From Marsupella aquatica (Eukaryota > Plantae > Marchantiophyta): a stretch of 64,000 nucleotides of DNA. The stretch covers positions 5,521,241 to 5,585,240 of the forward strand of contig OZ316899.1 of the NCBI GenBank assembly GCA_973895155.1, given 5' to 3'. Positions 1 through 12,125 of this stretch are shown piece after piece. The notes under the pieces were generated by a model that saw nothing but the letters and a program-made list of their open reading frames with translations, did not search any database and had not been told where the DNA came from. Positions within the stretch are counted from its first letter, which is position 1; every line of letters begins with the position of its first letter. Made by a program: the position numbers and the translations under genes.

Positions 1-1
1 C

Positions 2-454
2 GGACTCTCTTCGCTCAAATCAGATCCATTCCCGCAAATGGAGTTTGCTGGAAATGCTCGTCTGTCTGTGGGTTTTATGCAATCTGTTATAGAGCTTGTC
101 ACACGGCCTCGTGATATTTTTATGGATTGGACTGCTGGGGCTGGAAGCTCTTACATTGCTGGCGACTTCTCTGGACGATTTGTACTCGGGATAGAACACC
201 GGAAAGAATTTATTGAAACCGCTTCAAAGGTTTTCATGGATTTGTTGTCTCCCAAAGAGATTGCAGTGTTACCTCCACCTGTTCCTACTGCCGACAGAAA
301 AAAGAGAGATAAGCTTCGGTCGGTTCTCAATTTTGATTCTGATGATGAATCGAGTGAAGGTGGAGAGGAACAAGGTACAAGAAACTCCGAGGAGGAAAAG
401 GGAGAGCGTCGTGCAACTGCAGATGAAACCGATAGTGATGACTCTTCCGAGTAA
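2..454 (+). CDS. 5'-truncated ORF: C-terminal SAM-binding half of an N4/N6 (beta-class, N6_N4_Mtase-like) DNA methyltransferase, followed by an acidic tail
   Basis: Frame is open from the window edge (GLSSLKSDPFPQMEF...). SVIELVTRPRDIFMDWTAGAGSSYIAGDFSGRFVLGIEHRKEFIETA fits the LIExxTxxGDxVLDPFxGSGTTxxAAxxxGRxxIGIExxxEYxxxA signature. The catalytic DPPY/SPPY motif is not in the window. Confidence 0.65.
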   Translation, partial: GLSSLKSDPFPQMEFAGNARLSVGFMQSVIELVTRPRDIFMDWTAGAGSSYIAGDFSGRFVLGIEHRKEFIETASKVFMDLLSPKEIAVLPPPVPTADRKKRDKLRSVLNFDSDDESSEGGEEQGTRNSEEEKGERRATADETDSDDSSE

Positions 455-517
455 TGTTCATAAACTCGTAAGCTTCTTTCTCCATTCCCGTCAATTCATA
501 ACATTTCTTTTGTTGTT

Positions 518-868
518 TTGGGGAAAGGCGCCTTACAAAATGGACTTTGTTATATCAGGTCAGAGTGGAATGCAAGGAGACGATTCAAACTGCGGAGGAA
601 GATCGCGAGACACAACGTAGAAACACCGGAAAAACCGTTTGTTCTTCCCTCCTATGCAGAGAAAGCCGCAAGGAAAGTAGAAAGTGCAAGGACACTTTGC
701 TGGGAAAACAAAGGTCTTCGGTTACGAAGGGGTGTTGACCGAAAGTTCATTAAACATCCTTATGTTGATGACTTCTCCCGCAGCCAGTACGTAGATGATG
801 AGGCTGTGTCCACGGACAGATCCTAGAGTACAGATTCTGGTTCCGACTCAGAATCTTCGGAACCGTGA
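518..868 (+). CDS. Basic/acidic hypothetical ORF fragment in the same element as the MTase-like ORF
   Basis: ORF 518-826 reads through one TAG into STDSGSDSESSEP* (stop near 868). No recognisable domain. Confidence 0.25.
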
Positions 869-1139
869 GAAGTAGTGGGTAGTTGAGGCTAAATCTTTTA
901 GCAGCGCCCGGCACTTGTAACATCTGTATTATTTCCCTCTGCTGAGGGTCCTTTTAAATTGTTGATTTCTCTCTACTTGTTGATTACTTTTGACTTTTGT
1001 TCTTTACAAGCGCCTGGCGCTCGCCAAATGGAATCTCTAAATGGCCATTTAGTCTTTGTCATTTCCTGTCAACGGTCATCGTCATTGGATACCAACTGCC
1101 ATTTGGATTGTGTTCTTTAGTCAGTCGTCGGAAAGCCGT

Positions 1140-1520
1140 TGGGGACCATAGTTTCGGGACGATGATTCCATAGTTTAGGGACCGGGCGGAAGGGACGACT
1201 ATAGTTTCAGTTTAGGTTTGTTCGGGACGACGAGAGTTGGGGACGTCGATAGTTGAGGACGACGATAGTTTCGGGAGGACGATAGAACGGAACGATAGAA
1301 CGGGACGATAGAACGGGAGGGGAGACTTTGTTTCGGGAGGACGATAGAACGTGACGATAGAACGGGATGATAGTTCGTTTGGGAAGACTTTGTTTCGGGA
1401 AGACGATAGAACGGGACGTTAGAGCAGGGCGATAGAACGGGACGATACCTGTTACCAAGGCGAAGATAGTTTCAGGAGGCAATAGAACGAGACGATGATA
1501 GTTTGATGGTCGTTTCGGAA
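1140..1520. repeat. Degenerate minisatellite built from (C)GATAGAACGGGA / GATAGTTTCGGGA units
   Basis: Many imperfect copies of gatagaacgggac/gatagtttcggga are visible between 1140 and 1520. Confidence 0.8.
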
Positions 1521-1653
1521 CGGTAGTGTACGCGGACCTTTATCTGGCGTCTTAGTCTTCGCGGACCTTTCTTTGACCTTTGTCGGCTATAGCACTCACG
1601 GATGACGTTCTTACGGGAGGAGAGGTTACATATTAGATCGGGATCTTTGAAAC

Positions 1654-2250
1654 ATGGCGAGTCAGTATGAGCCAATGGATTGGGAGGCAGCTTTTCGTCC
1701 TTCTCGTGTGCGTCCGGAAGAGAGCCATTTTAGCTCTTTTGAATCGCGGATGGAGACTGAAGAAACTGAAACTTCCACTTTTTGGAACCGTCATGCTCTC
1801 CGTATGATGAGGCTATTAGTCCTGGAGAGAAGAACATCCCTTGGATTGTCGATTCCCCTGCGCCTCCGTTCTCTAGTCGGTTTTCGTCTCACCCGGGAGT
1901 TCTTGTTGATGGGGTACTCCCAATCGATCGAAGAGTACAAGAAATGTTCGGGCGAGTTGATTTTAAGGACAGTAATATTCCTAATGAACATTTTACGAGG
2001 GCTGTTTGTCGAGGACCTTCAGAGGGATACGTTCGTTTGCGTGGTCTCGGCTTCAAGAAAGATCGGCGGAGAGAAGCAGCAGGAGTGGATGATGATTGAA
2101 ACTCGGAAAGCTAGATGGAAATTTCGTTTTGCTGATCGCTTTAAGCTAGCGCCGGGCGCTGCTAAAGTTTTCGGATTTTGTGCCATTGAAGTCGACCTCA
2201 GCTCTGGCGTTAGAGTTTTCCCGGTTGTCTACTATTTAGGTTTTGGCTAG
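1654..2250 (+). CDS. Hypothetical 198-aa protein
   Basis: Uninterrupted ATG-to-stop ORF in a CpG-rich segment. No domain recognised. Confidence 0.35.
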   Translation: MASQYEPMDWEAAFRPSRVRPEESHFSSFESRMETEETETSTFWNRHALRMMRLLVLERRTSLGLSIPLRLRSLVGFRLTREFLLMGYSQSIEEYKKCSGELILRTVIFLMNILRGLFVEDLQRDTFVCVVSASRKIGGEKQQEWMMIETRKARWKFRFADRFKLAPGAAKVFGFCAIEVDLSSGVRVFPVVYYLGFG

Positions 2251-2700
2251 CGCCGGGCGCTATTGAAACGACAACGGATTTTGTGGGAGGGAATGGATCT
2301 TGACTATGTTGTCTGGGTTTGGACGCATCTTGTCTCCAAGAAACGACTAGTTTTCTAGTTAGTTTTTGGCTAGCGCCGAGCGCTGTTCATGTATTAGTCG
2401 AAAACCTCCGACGGTGTCGACCATGACTTCATGGATGGGATTTTTAGGCCAGATTGTTGATGTTGATAACTGCATTTTGTATCACTTAAGCCGAGAGCGT
2501 TTTCTATTTTGCGATAATATATGCGAATGTTTTTTCCGGCCTTTCTTTTCTACTTGTATTTGTCTTGGATTTTGTGTATCTCAATTGGCAGCCGTCTTTT
2601 ATGTTTCAAAAAATTGTTTCCTTGTTGTTCTTTTATTTATCACGAGGGTTTGGTGATTTTGTTTTCTATTCTTGTACTTTCAAATGGAGATTTTGAGACC

Positions 2701-5081
2701 TTTTTTTAAGATAACTGTTCACGACCATCCAAACACTGTTCACTGGTAACAGCTCCTTTTAACTGGTACCAGAATCTGTTTCCTGTTACTGTTATCTGTT
2801 TGCTGTCGTTTGTAAATTCCCCCCCACGGGAAGGGTGCACAAACAGATCAAAGCCCCAACAGGAACCCAAGACAAAACAGAAGACCAATGCATCACCAAC
2901 ACCTCCTCATCTTGGGCAAGGAAATAACCACCCCAATGACACTCAATAGAGAACAAGAGGAAAACCAGCACCCCAAACACACATCAAATGACATCAATAC
3001 CAGCTTGAGGGCATCTATGCCCCAAGAACCACAATATCATTGGTCACAATGTTCCAACATAACCACAACAAAATCAGAGACCATCAACGGAAGTGAAACA
3101 TGTCCCACCACTTCCAAGCCATCTCTTGCAAAGCCCATCGATACATGATTTGGCACGTAGCAGGCAAGTGCACTTTATGCCCGGGGGGCAGTGCCGACTA
3201 ACAGCAAATAAGTTCTCTGCTACCTCAGACAGAACAAGCCCCAGATCAAACACACGTCTCCCCCCCTCTGAAACATGTGAGTGTTACGCCCTTTCCAGAG
3301 CCTCCAGAGAATTTAATGCAAGACAAATATCTATGCCACTCGGACCGGCATCTAAAAGGGCCATCAGCCCTTGCTCAATTGGCATATCCAATGCCCAATC
3401 TAGTGCACTCAACAAGGTCAATCAGAGACGCCAGTAGCAGACAACATGTGCACATTGGAAAAAAAAGGTGAGGGATAGTTTTGAGCCTCCCGTTGCACAA
3501 CTTGCAGTCTCCGTTGCTAACCTCTATTCTAAGAGCACGGGCCCCAGTGAACAATCCCCCGACAATGATCCTCCATATAAAGGTCTTGCCTCTGATTGGT
3601 AAATCCGATCTCCATAGTCTGGACCAGCTCTCATTCCATCCTCTCTCATCTTGAGTAAGAGACCAGATCTTGTTCAGGCATTCATGATTTGAGGTCTTGG
3701 GCTGCAGGAAGTCATAAACTTGACAATTCAACGGTCCTTCAACGATTCAGTTTGATCAGTCCACCTCCATTGTTTGGCATACAAGAAGTACTCTGACCGA
3801 CAGTAAGTAGCGCTCCATATGAGTTCCAAGAACTTCCGTGCAAGCGTTTGATGCTCTGTAGAGAAGCCTTGCATGTTGTTCCATCTAAGCGGGAGGTCCC
3901 TCCAGCATCCTTCCTCCGTAGACCATCTGTCACCAATCGATCTCATTCCCAGCCGGCCACAGATTGCTACAATTTCTATAGTGGCCAAATTAGGAAGAGA
4001 ATGAAAGCCCACCATGCATCTGAGTATGTCAGTGATGCTCCACCAAACAGGCGGCCCGTCTGTCTAGGCTCAAAGGATAGATGAGCTCTCACTAACTCCC
4101 AGCACCGCCAAAGACCCGTTGTGTAGGGGAGCCCACTAAATGAACGCGGTGTGGAAAATAGCAGCTGGTCTTGGAAGGAGTATCCATTTCTCCTAATGAC
4201 CTTGTAATTCATCCACCCCATCAATCCCAGATTGGCCGCCAACATCTTGGACCATTCCTGCTCCAGCGAGTTCAGCGCCTTAGTGAACCATTGAGAGAGC
4301 AGTGCGTTAGAGTGGCTATGGAAATCCCAAAATCCCAGTCCCCCCTCTACTCGTGGCAATGTCATCCTATCCCAAGCCACCAAAGGAACCTTCTTCCCTC
4401 CTAAATCGTTGTATCTCCATAGAAACTGTCTACTAAGAGCAATAAGCTTCTTGGCCAAACCAGCAGACGCCTTGCAGTACATTACATGGTAGATCGAAAT
4501 AGCAAGCAATACCTGTTTGACTAGTAATGATCTGTCAGTAAAGGAAAGCAACTTGTTGGACCAAACAGCAAGCCTGGCACTAATTTTGTCAAGGCAGAAT
4601 TTGTGCAGTTGTTCCTTGCTCAATCCCACCCCTAATGGAGCACCAAGATATTTTTGCATCTCACCCTTCTAACTGATACAGCAACCCGTGTTGATCAGCC
4701 AAACAGGGACCTCCTCCATATATCACCAAGGGAATCACAACTGATTTCTTCAGATTCAATTGAGCATCGCTGGCCTTCTCGTAACAATCAAGAGCAGTTG
4801 TTGCTTCCTCAAAAGCATTCTCTATGGCAGGGATAAACATCCCCATGTCATCCGCAAACAATTTGTAGCAAATAGTGAGGTCATGCAAGATCTGCAAGCC
4901 ACACAGTCTACCAGCTGCCAGCTGCCAACTCTGCATCAAGAAAATCCATGAGCGGCTACGTAGAAATTATAAACAGTAGCGGTGATAAAGGGCAGCCTTG
5001 TCTTACACCACACTTAAGCTCAAACGTGTTTGATAGTAAGCCGTTCACCAAGGTAGGTGAAGAGGCTTGAGTCAACAGCGC
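2701..5081 (-). mobile_element. Decayed L1-clade LINE 3' portion (ORF2 RT plus zf-RVT), interrupted at 5081 by an LTR element
   Basis: Minus-strand translation gives GVRQGCPLSPLLF, LFADD, KYLGAPLG, EGGLG and KTFIWR...CKLC...HLFFPMC, with frameshifts and stops. A short T-run at 2701-2707 is the likely poly(A) tail. Confidence 0.9.
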
Positions 5082-7083
5082 TGTCATGAGGTTTTCTTCC
5101 TAAGGGAGAAATCCTCATGTTTGGCTTGTGCAAAAGAAGAAAAAGAAAAAGGATAAACATGCAACTTTTGCATTTTTATGGATGGATAAGTGATAAATGG
5201 TATTATGAGAGTAGTTTTGAGTCAATGAGAAGTTGGTTGGTGGGTCCTACATGGCTAAATTCCATTGGTGTTCCTTTTTCCAATGAAGTTGAGTTTGACA
5301 AAAATGGACCAATGACAAAGAAATTTTTGCATTTCTTACTATATTTAGTAACGGGAAAATAGAGTGAGTTGGCGAGATTATTTGTCGACCATTGACGTCA
5401 TCAACGGTAATTTGGGTCTAATGGTTGTGATGATGAAGTGACTTTCATTTTTTGCATATTTGGCTTAGTCTTAGCCATTTATTTGTCATTTGATTGTCAT
5501 GGGGCTTATTTTAGAGATAGAGAGTTATTTGAAGGGTTAAAACCCTGATTATTTGTTTGAATGGTGTGGTGGTGGCTTGGGGTTTGAGTATGGAAGGGGT
5601 AGGTCATGCAAGGCATGTTGGCTGCCCCCTACTTGCTCAAACTTAATTATAGTTTAGTATTGTTACAATCAAAACGGTGGCAGTTTTAGATTTGCAAGCA
5701 ACTCAAGAGGAGACAAGTGTTGGTATTGACATGGCTAAGGGTGAAGCCCAAGCTTGAGTATGACAATTCAAGCTAGGAGACAAGTTCGAGCCTTGCCTTG
5801 GTGGTGAGCTGTTGTTTGTGGAGGATAACCAAGTGGTTGAGTTCATAGAGGTGGCAAAAGCTAGTTGGACTGCAAGTTAGGCCTTGACAAGTGTTGGGGA
5901 GGCTTGGAGGGTGGTTGGAGCTCGATTTCAGGTTGGATTGAGATTGGTCCATGGTTTTGCTGTTGTCTGGTCCCTATTTGCTCAACATTCACTTGGATTT
6001 AGTGCCTGGTTTATGGTGGAGAGGTGGCGGGCAATTGTTGCATTGCTAGTGAATTGCTGTCAAGTGCTTGGTTGGTGTGAAGTGGGCTGGAGGAGAAAGT
6101 TGTGAATTCTGATTGGGGAGGCAGGTCAGGGGCTTAAGGGAGAGCTTGGATCGAGGGAAGGAGAGGATCATTCTTCATTCTCACTTTTCTCAGAGTTGAG
6201 AGCTTGGAGGTGGGGAAGAGAGATATTGCCACGATTGTGAGTAAAATAGCCATAACTCCTGTCTTCTAGGTGCCTAATGTTTGAAGGGCCTAGTTGAGAG
6301 TTTGGAGGTAGTTTCTTTGATGGAAGAGGGACCTGGGGAAGTAGATGTGAAGGAATTGGGCTTATGTGTGCTTGGAGGTGTGTTGCCTAACCTTGAGTGC
6401 AACTACCTTGGTAATTGACTTGTTCATTTACCTACCGGTGTAGACTTGTCTTGCCTTGGAGGTCTGTGTAGTTTGGAAGGGGCACCTTTGTTGCAATCCT
6501 TACCTAATATCTAGAACATTGAAGGTAAAGTGGAAATTATTGGCTTCACTCTTGTGCGGAAGCATTGACCAATTTTCCACTCAGTTTGGGAGAAGGAAAC
6601 ATTGAAGGATATATGATAAGTAAGGAGTATGGAAGGGGAAGAGCTCTTCTCCATGGTTGAGGTTTTGCTTGCTTGAGAATTGAAGTTTTTGAAGTTGTTA
6701 TGATGGTGTAGGACAAGTCAAAGTAGATAGGCTAATTCAAAGTCTTGTTTTTGATAGACTTGTTGGAGGGGTTGAGATGCAATCTTATACACATACTATT
6801 TGGTGTTATTTCCTATGAGGGTCTTGATGGAGACCTACTTTTGACTTAGAAAAACCTATAGTTATATTAATTTGATTATTGAGGAGAAGTTGTCCTCAAT
6901 TGTGTAAATGGATGAGTTACTTTGCTTTGGCTATGGATGAGGTGGATAATTTTGTGAAGTTTGATTGATTAGAAGCCTTGTTGCTTAAAGTTGTCTTGTT
7001 GGTAACCGTCTACTAACTCAAGCAGCCATACACCCAGTGTGTTTTTCAAGACCTTTCCCACCTTTTTGCTTATCCTCAGGACA
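5082..7083 (+). mobile_element. 5' LTR (~2.0 kb) of a Ty3/Gypsy retrotransposon
   Basis: Starts TGTCATGAGG and ends CCTCAGGACA (10-bp inverted ends, 1 mismatch). Followed after 3 nt by a PBS, then by gag. Confidence 0.8.
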
Positions 7084-7086
7084 AGT

Positions 7087-7104
7087 TGGCGACCATACTG
7101 GGGA
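7087..7104 (+). promoter_or_regulatory. Primer-binding site, tRNA-Arg-like (Tat/Ogre-type)
   Basis: TGGCGACCATACTGGGGA directly after LTR-CA plus AGT; resembles the TGGCGACTCCRCTGGGGA PBS. Confidence 0.7.
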
Positions 7105-7245
7105 AATGTCTTGAGGCTTGAGATAGAAATTTTGAGTTGTCAACTCTGCTAACCATGTACTAACTATGTGCTAACTTGGTTGTTCTTGTTGACTACTACC
7201 TTGATAAAACTAACATTACTGATACTATGATACTAAGAGAGTAGC

Positions 7246-7430
7246 TTGGCCAGCAAAAAAGTCGGAGTGCTTTGCACCCATATGCTAGCTTGTGCCTAAG
7301 CTCAGCTTGATGATATTAACATTGGTGATGCTAACCCTCAAGTAAGTATCTTGGCCAGCAGAACAGTCAGAGTGCTTTGCACCCATATGCTAGCTTGTGC
7401 CTAAGCTCAACTTGAAGATGCTAACATTGG
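7246..7430 (+). repeat. ~105-bp-period direct duplication in the retroelement leader, plus GCTAAC motif repeats
   Basis: ttggccagca...gagtgctttgcacccatatgctagcttgtgcctaagctca occurs near 7246 and again near 7351. Confidence 0.85.
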
Positions 7431-7810
7431 TGTACTAACGTTGGTGCTAACATGGTTGGAGTTATGATGCTAACCTTGATGTTGTATGATTACTAACTTG
7501 TTTGTGTGTTGGCATTAACATAGGTGCTAACTTGGTTGTTGAGATGATGTTTTGGCACTAACATTTGTGCTAACTCAAATGATGTGTTGTAACTAGTTTG
7601 ACAATTACTTGTTATCGAAAACTTGTTTTGTGAACCTAGTGTGAAAGGTTGTTTGATTATTGTGGATTGAGAGTTACTTGGGACATAATCATTTCCTTTT
7701 TTTGTGAGGTTTGGTCAGCCCAACAAAAGTGGTAGAGAGGCTACAGGGAGAGGACTCAGTCCGTGAGTTGTTAGGTCTTCCATAACCTGTATCACTTAGA
7801 GAGACTTGGC

Positions 7811-9680
7811 TTGTTCACAATGTTGGATGATGATGGCCTTCTTGGTACTTTTGTTAATATGAGGAATGTTCAAGAGCTTTCTGAACTTTTCAAGACTATC
7901 CAAATGGCCATGAAAAGGGAAGAGAGTGATAGAGAAGTTTTTGGAAGAAAAGAAAAAAGTGACAAGGTCTTTGAGGATAGAGTTACCAAGTGTCTTCAGG
8001 CTGTCCTTTCAACAAAAGGAGAGTTTTTGGGTAAGGATGTGACTAGGTACTTGAGGGTTTATTGGAAGCAAGTTGAGGTCTTTAAGATTGACCAGGCAAC
8101 AGCTGTGTTAGAATTTTCTACTCTTGTTGAACCAGAACTGAAAAACACAGTTGCAAACCTAGTTGTAGGTCCCGAGGAGGAGGATGAGTGGACTGGTTTT
8201 GTTAAGAGGATGAAACATCATTTATTGATGTCTGATAGTGAGAGGATGACAGAAGCAACTTTCCTTGATTGGATTTGAAAGAGGGATAAGGGAATAGGAC
8301 CGGAAGAGCTTCTTTTGGAATTCAAAAGAAAGCTTGGGCAGTTGCCCGCTACTGATCTTGAGTTCCTTTCTCTTCAGAAAGGCTTTTTGTTTTTGTGTTC
8401 CGCTGATAAGGAGCTTAGAGATGAGCTTGAGTATGCCATAGTTATTGTTACTCCTCGTAGGAAGTTGAAGCTTTCTTGGGGGCATGTTGAAGAGGCAGTA
8501 GAAATTGTAGCTGAGCGAAGGAGAGATAGAGCTTTGGATGAAGAGGCTGTTGCAAAACCAGCAGCCCCTCTACCCAAATCAGTGAAAGGATGTCTTCTAA
8601 GGATGAGAAGAAGCTTGAGTCATTGGACATATCCAAGATTCTTGAAAGTCTTAATTTGATCACTAAGCAGATGGTTGTTCCAAGAGGAGCACCCGGAGGG
8701 TTTGATAGAGCTGGTCCTAGTAGAACCACTACTTGGCCATGTTTGTGGTGTGATTCTAAAGAGCACCAAAAGAGAGATTGTCAAGAGCTTTTCATTGCTC
8801 TTAAGAACAATCAAGTTAAGTATATAGGTGAGTCAGGCTTGAAGAAGCTTGCTTACTTTGATTCAAGTGAAGAAATACCTTTCAACAATGGTAAGGGTGG
8901 AATGAAAGTCTTGGTTGAAAAGCATTTGAGTCCTTTGGAAGTCAAGATGGTGAAAGCTTTTGAGACAGAAGTCTACACCTTAGGTCTTGAACCTTCTACT
9001 TCATTACCCCCTAGTGAGATTGAGAAGAAGAGGTTGGATGTATTCATCTGAAAACAGGTTGGGATGATCCCGTCTTGATTTCACCCTATGCTGTTGAGGT
9101 TGGTGCTTCTTGGGAAGCAAAAGTAGATGAGACAAGGAGAGAGAGCCCTAGGCTAAGTGCTAATGAGAAAGGAAAGAAGAAGTTCAATTTGCTAATGACT
9201 TGCCTTTACCAAGTGATGGAGAGAGTTCAGGCCCTACCCAGTTGAAGGATGAGGATGCCAAGGCATCCTCAAAGAGTCCAGGTTGGGTGTTAGGCAGAGA
9301 TATTGAGAAGGAAGTCAAGCCTAAGGCCATTGCTCATAAATTTTGGAAGCAAGAAGCAAGAGGGTTCACAAATGAAGAGTTGTTTGGGACTATGAGAAAA
9401 GAAATCCAAGAGTGCATTCTAGCAAAGGCTAGGAAGAAGAGAGTTTACAAAGAAGGGCCACATTCCTTGATAAGTAAGGTTGATGACCAGATGCAAGAGA
9501 GTGATGAAGGGAAACCTTACTTGGCAAATGTGTGGGAAATAAGAACCTTGCCTAATATTCAAGTAAAGGAGGTGAAAGTTGAGAGAAAGGTAGTTGAAAT
9601 GGATGAAGTCAAGAGTAAAGGGGAGGACCATGGTTGCAAAAACATTCTAGACCTTCCACTTCCTTCATGTGGTAGTAGTG
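7811..9680 (+). pseudogene. gag: Degenerate gag polyprotein of the Gypsy element
   Basis: Consecutive ORF fragments 7811-8278, 8315-8659, 8590-9051 and 9200 onward. Contains a CCHC knuckle CLWCDSKEHQKRDC. Truncated near 9680 by another insertion. Confidence 0.75.
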
Positions 9681-11569
9681 TGTCGTCGGGGTGGAGCACA
9701 GGGAAGCAGCAAACCCAAGTCAGGATTATGCATCCGAACCAGTCTTCTCCCTTGATGAGTGTTGTGTTTGGCTCGGGATGAGTGAATAGGCCTTTGTAAC
9801 TACTTAACAATCCTCTTCCAAGGGAACCCTTCTTCAACCCTGGGTTATCAGGCTTCGCACCAATATGAAGTGAACACCACTACAACTCTTCTACTACTAC
9901 TACTGCGTGGAAAGCCCCTCGGATATTCAAGAGACCTATACACCACTGATCAAAAAGGGGCACCAAGGCACGGACTACTTTTCTAAAGGCATGACTATGC
10001 ATAGTTCTTGTGATCCTAACTTTCGGTTTCGGTATCGTGGCTACAGGCTTCCGCACCCAACGTCCTATCATGATTGTATCCGGACCAAGTATAGGGCTGT
10101 GAGTTTGGTCTAGGCTTAGCCTGGACGTCCACTCAGAGTGCTCTACTTCGTCCAAACCTCCCCTGAGCACACCTTCTCCTATCCTGACCACAAGATCACA
10201 AGACGACACTCATTAGTGGAGGTGAACCATTCTGACTGCGTCCGAACCACCCGGGGGATAGGAAAAAGGGGATACTACCTCTTTTCCCTTAGCCACCCCC
10301 AAACAGTGCGTATGCCACCAGAGCAATGTATAAAAGACCCTCGTCCTATGGGTTATTCCACAGGGCGGAGACAAGAGGTGGAGCGTAGGGGTCAATTTCC
10401 AGCTAGACTTCTAAACTCACCTCACCATTGGGGCTCTTCATCCTTACTCTTATCGTAGGCAAGACACATAGTCATCAAGAATAATTGAGCTCGTCCGCTC
10501 TTGACACTGGTCTGGATAGTCTACAATACAGGGGAAAACCTCACTAGAAGAAACTGACCCATTTTGAGACCCTGCCGCTAGTTACTCCAATGAGACCAGT
10601 TAGAATTTATGACTCCTAGATTGTTGGAGTCACTTTAGTTACAAGTTGAGGGCTTAGTTCAGGGGTATTCCTGGGGAAGTCATTTTTATAACTATTGGGG
10701 AAGTTATAACTTTAACTAAGTTAAGCCAACAAGAATGAACTTATATAAGTGACTCCGTGTACAATAGAGCGGAAAATATGTAGTGCAGCTTTAGGGTTTA
10801 ACTCCACAATCTAATGCCATTTGACCCCACCCAACTCATACCATTTGGGATAATCCTAATTTTCTTACCTCCTCTAAACTTTCTTAACTCAGATTTGCAG
10901 CCACTAATTATTATCTTATCACTGCCTTTCCATGACAAAAAATAAACAAGATTTGCACGATAACGCATGGTTTTTCAGTTTGTCAAGACCTTATTTTAAC
11001 ACCTACTTTTATTCAATAAGTACGTCCATGCAATGCTTTGTCTTTATATTTTTTACAAGCAATGCATGCTTGTCAAAATCAATAAGTCCAACCTAAATGT
11101 GACACATATTCACAATATGATCAGGTCTTGAATACCTTACCCTAAAAAATTATACTTTTCATAATGGTCATGTTTACTGATATCTGACCATTTGGCCCCG
11201 TTTTTCACCAAAGGGGGGTGGTTCAAAGTTTTTTCATAACCACTCACCCCACATATAATGTCAGCCTAAGTCCTTTGGTTCTCACAAAGGAAAATGGGGC
11301 TTAGGCAAATCATAGACTTTTGTGAAGTTGGGGGCAAAATACAGGGAGTACTCGGGGGCAAAATACAAGGCGGAACCGGTTTAGGCCCCCCCCCCAACAA
11401 CAGTCGGCCCTTCTCGTCGCGATTTAGGGTGAGGGGAGCCTGGCTGAGCATTTCCCAACACCGATGTGTGTTGCTCAATTTTCCTTCCCGCCAATGTTGC
11501 GCTGCCAAGCTCCATTTTGTTGCGAAGAGTTTAGGGTGTAGGTCACATCGCTTGCACTCTTGAGCTCCA

Positions 11570-12125
11570 TTGCTATGAAGAGAAAGGTGATGGGCGACAT
11601 CTGCTGAGCTCAATTCGTGAGCTGCCTACGTTCATTGCCGAATGCTGCTTCCTTCAATTGCCTGTTGCCTACTATTACAATCGCCTACTGCCTAGGTCCA
11701 TTGCCGAATGTTGCTTCCTTCAATCGCCTGTTGCCTGCTATTACAATTGCCAAATCAATCGTGCACCCAATTGCCTGGAGCTCATTTTCCTGGAGTTAAG
11801 TGTTTAGGCCAGGTGAGTGACCACGACAAAGGAGCCGATCCCCGAGCCAATTGCGACTTTCTTTGTAAGTGCCCAACCTATTGTAGCTAGCATTGTTGCG
11901 CTGCATTGTTGCCGAACTGGAACTCCATTGCTGCGAAGAGTTTACGGTCTAGGTGACATTGCTGCTGAGCTCAATTCGCGAGCTGCCTAGGTTTATTGCC
12001 GAATGCTGCTTCCTTCAATCGCCTGTTGCCTGCTATTACAATCGCCTGCTCAATTGCGCACCTAATCGCCTGGAGCTCATTTCTCCCTGAGCTCATTCGC
12101 CTGGAGCTCATTTGCCTGGAGTTCA
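11570..12125. repeat. Internal tandem/dispersed ~63-bp repeats in the CACTA-1 leader
   Basis: ttgccgaatgctgcttccttcaatcgcctgttgcctgctattacaatcgcc near 11636, 11701 and 11996; cgcctggagctcatt in tandem at 12068-12120. Confidence 0.85.

Noticed and set aside
1140-1520. Possible CRISPR-like array
   Set aside because: Units are degenerate and contiguous with no unique constant-length spacers; eukaryotic context and no cas genes.
11570-12125. Repeat-spacer-like pattern and ORFs 11617-12289
   Set aside because: Irregular tandem duplications; the ORFs merely translate the repeat and are absent from CACTA-2.
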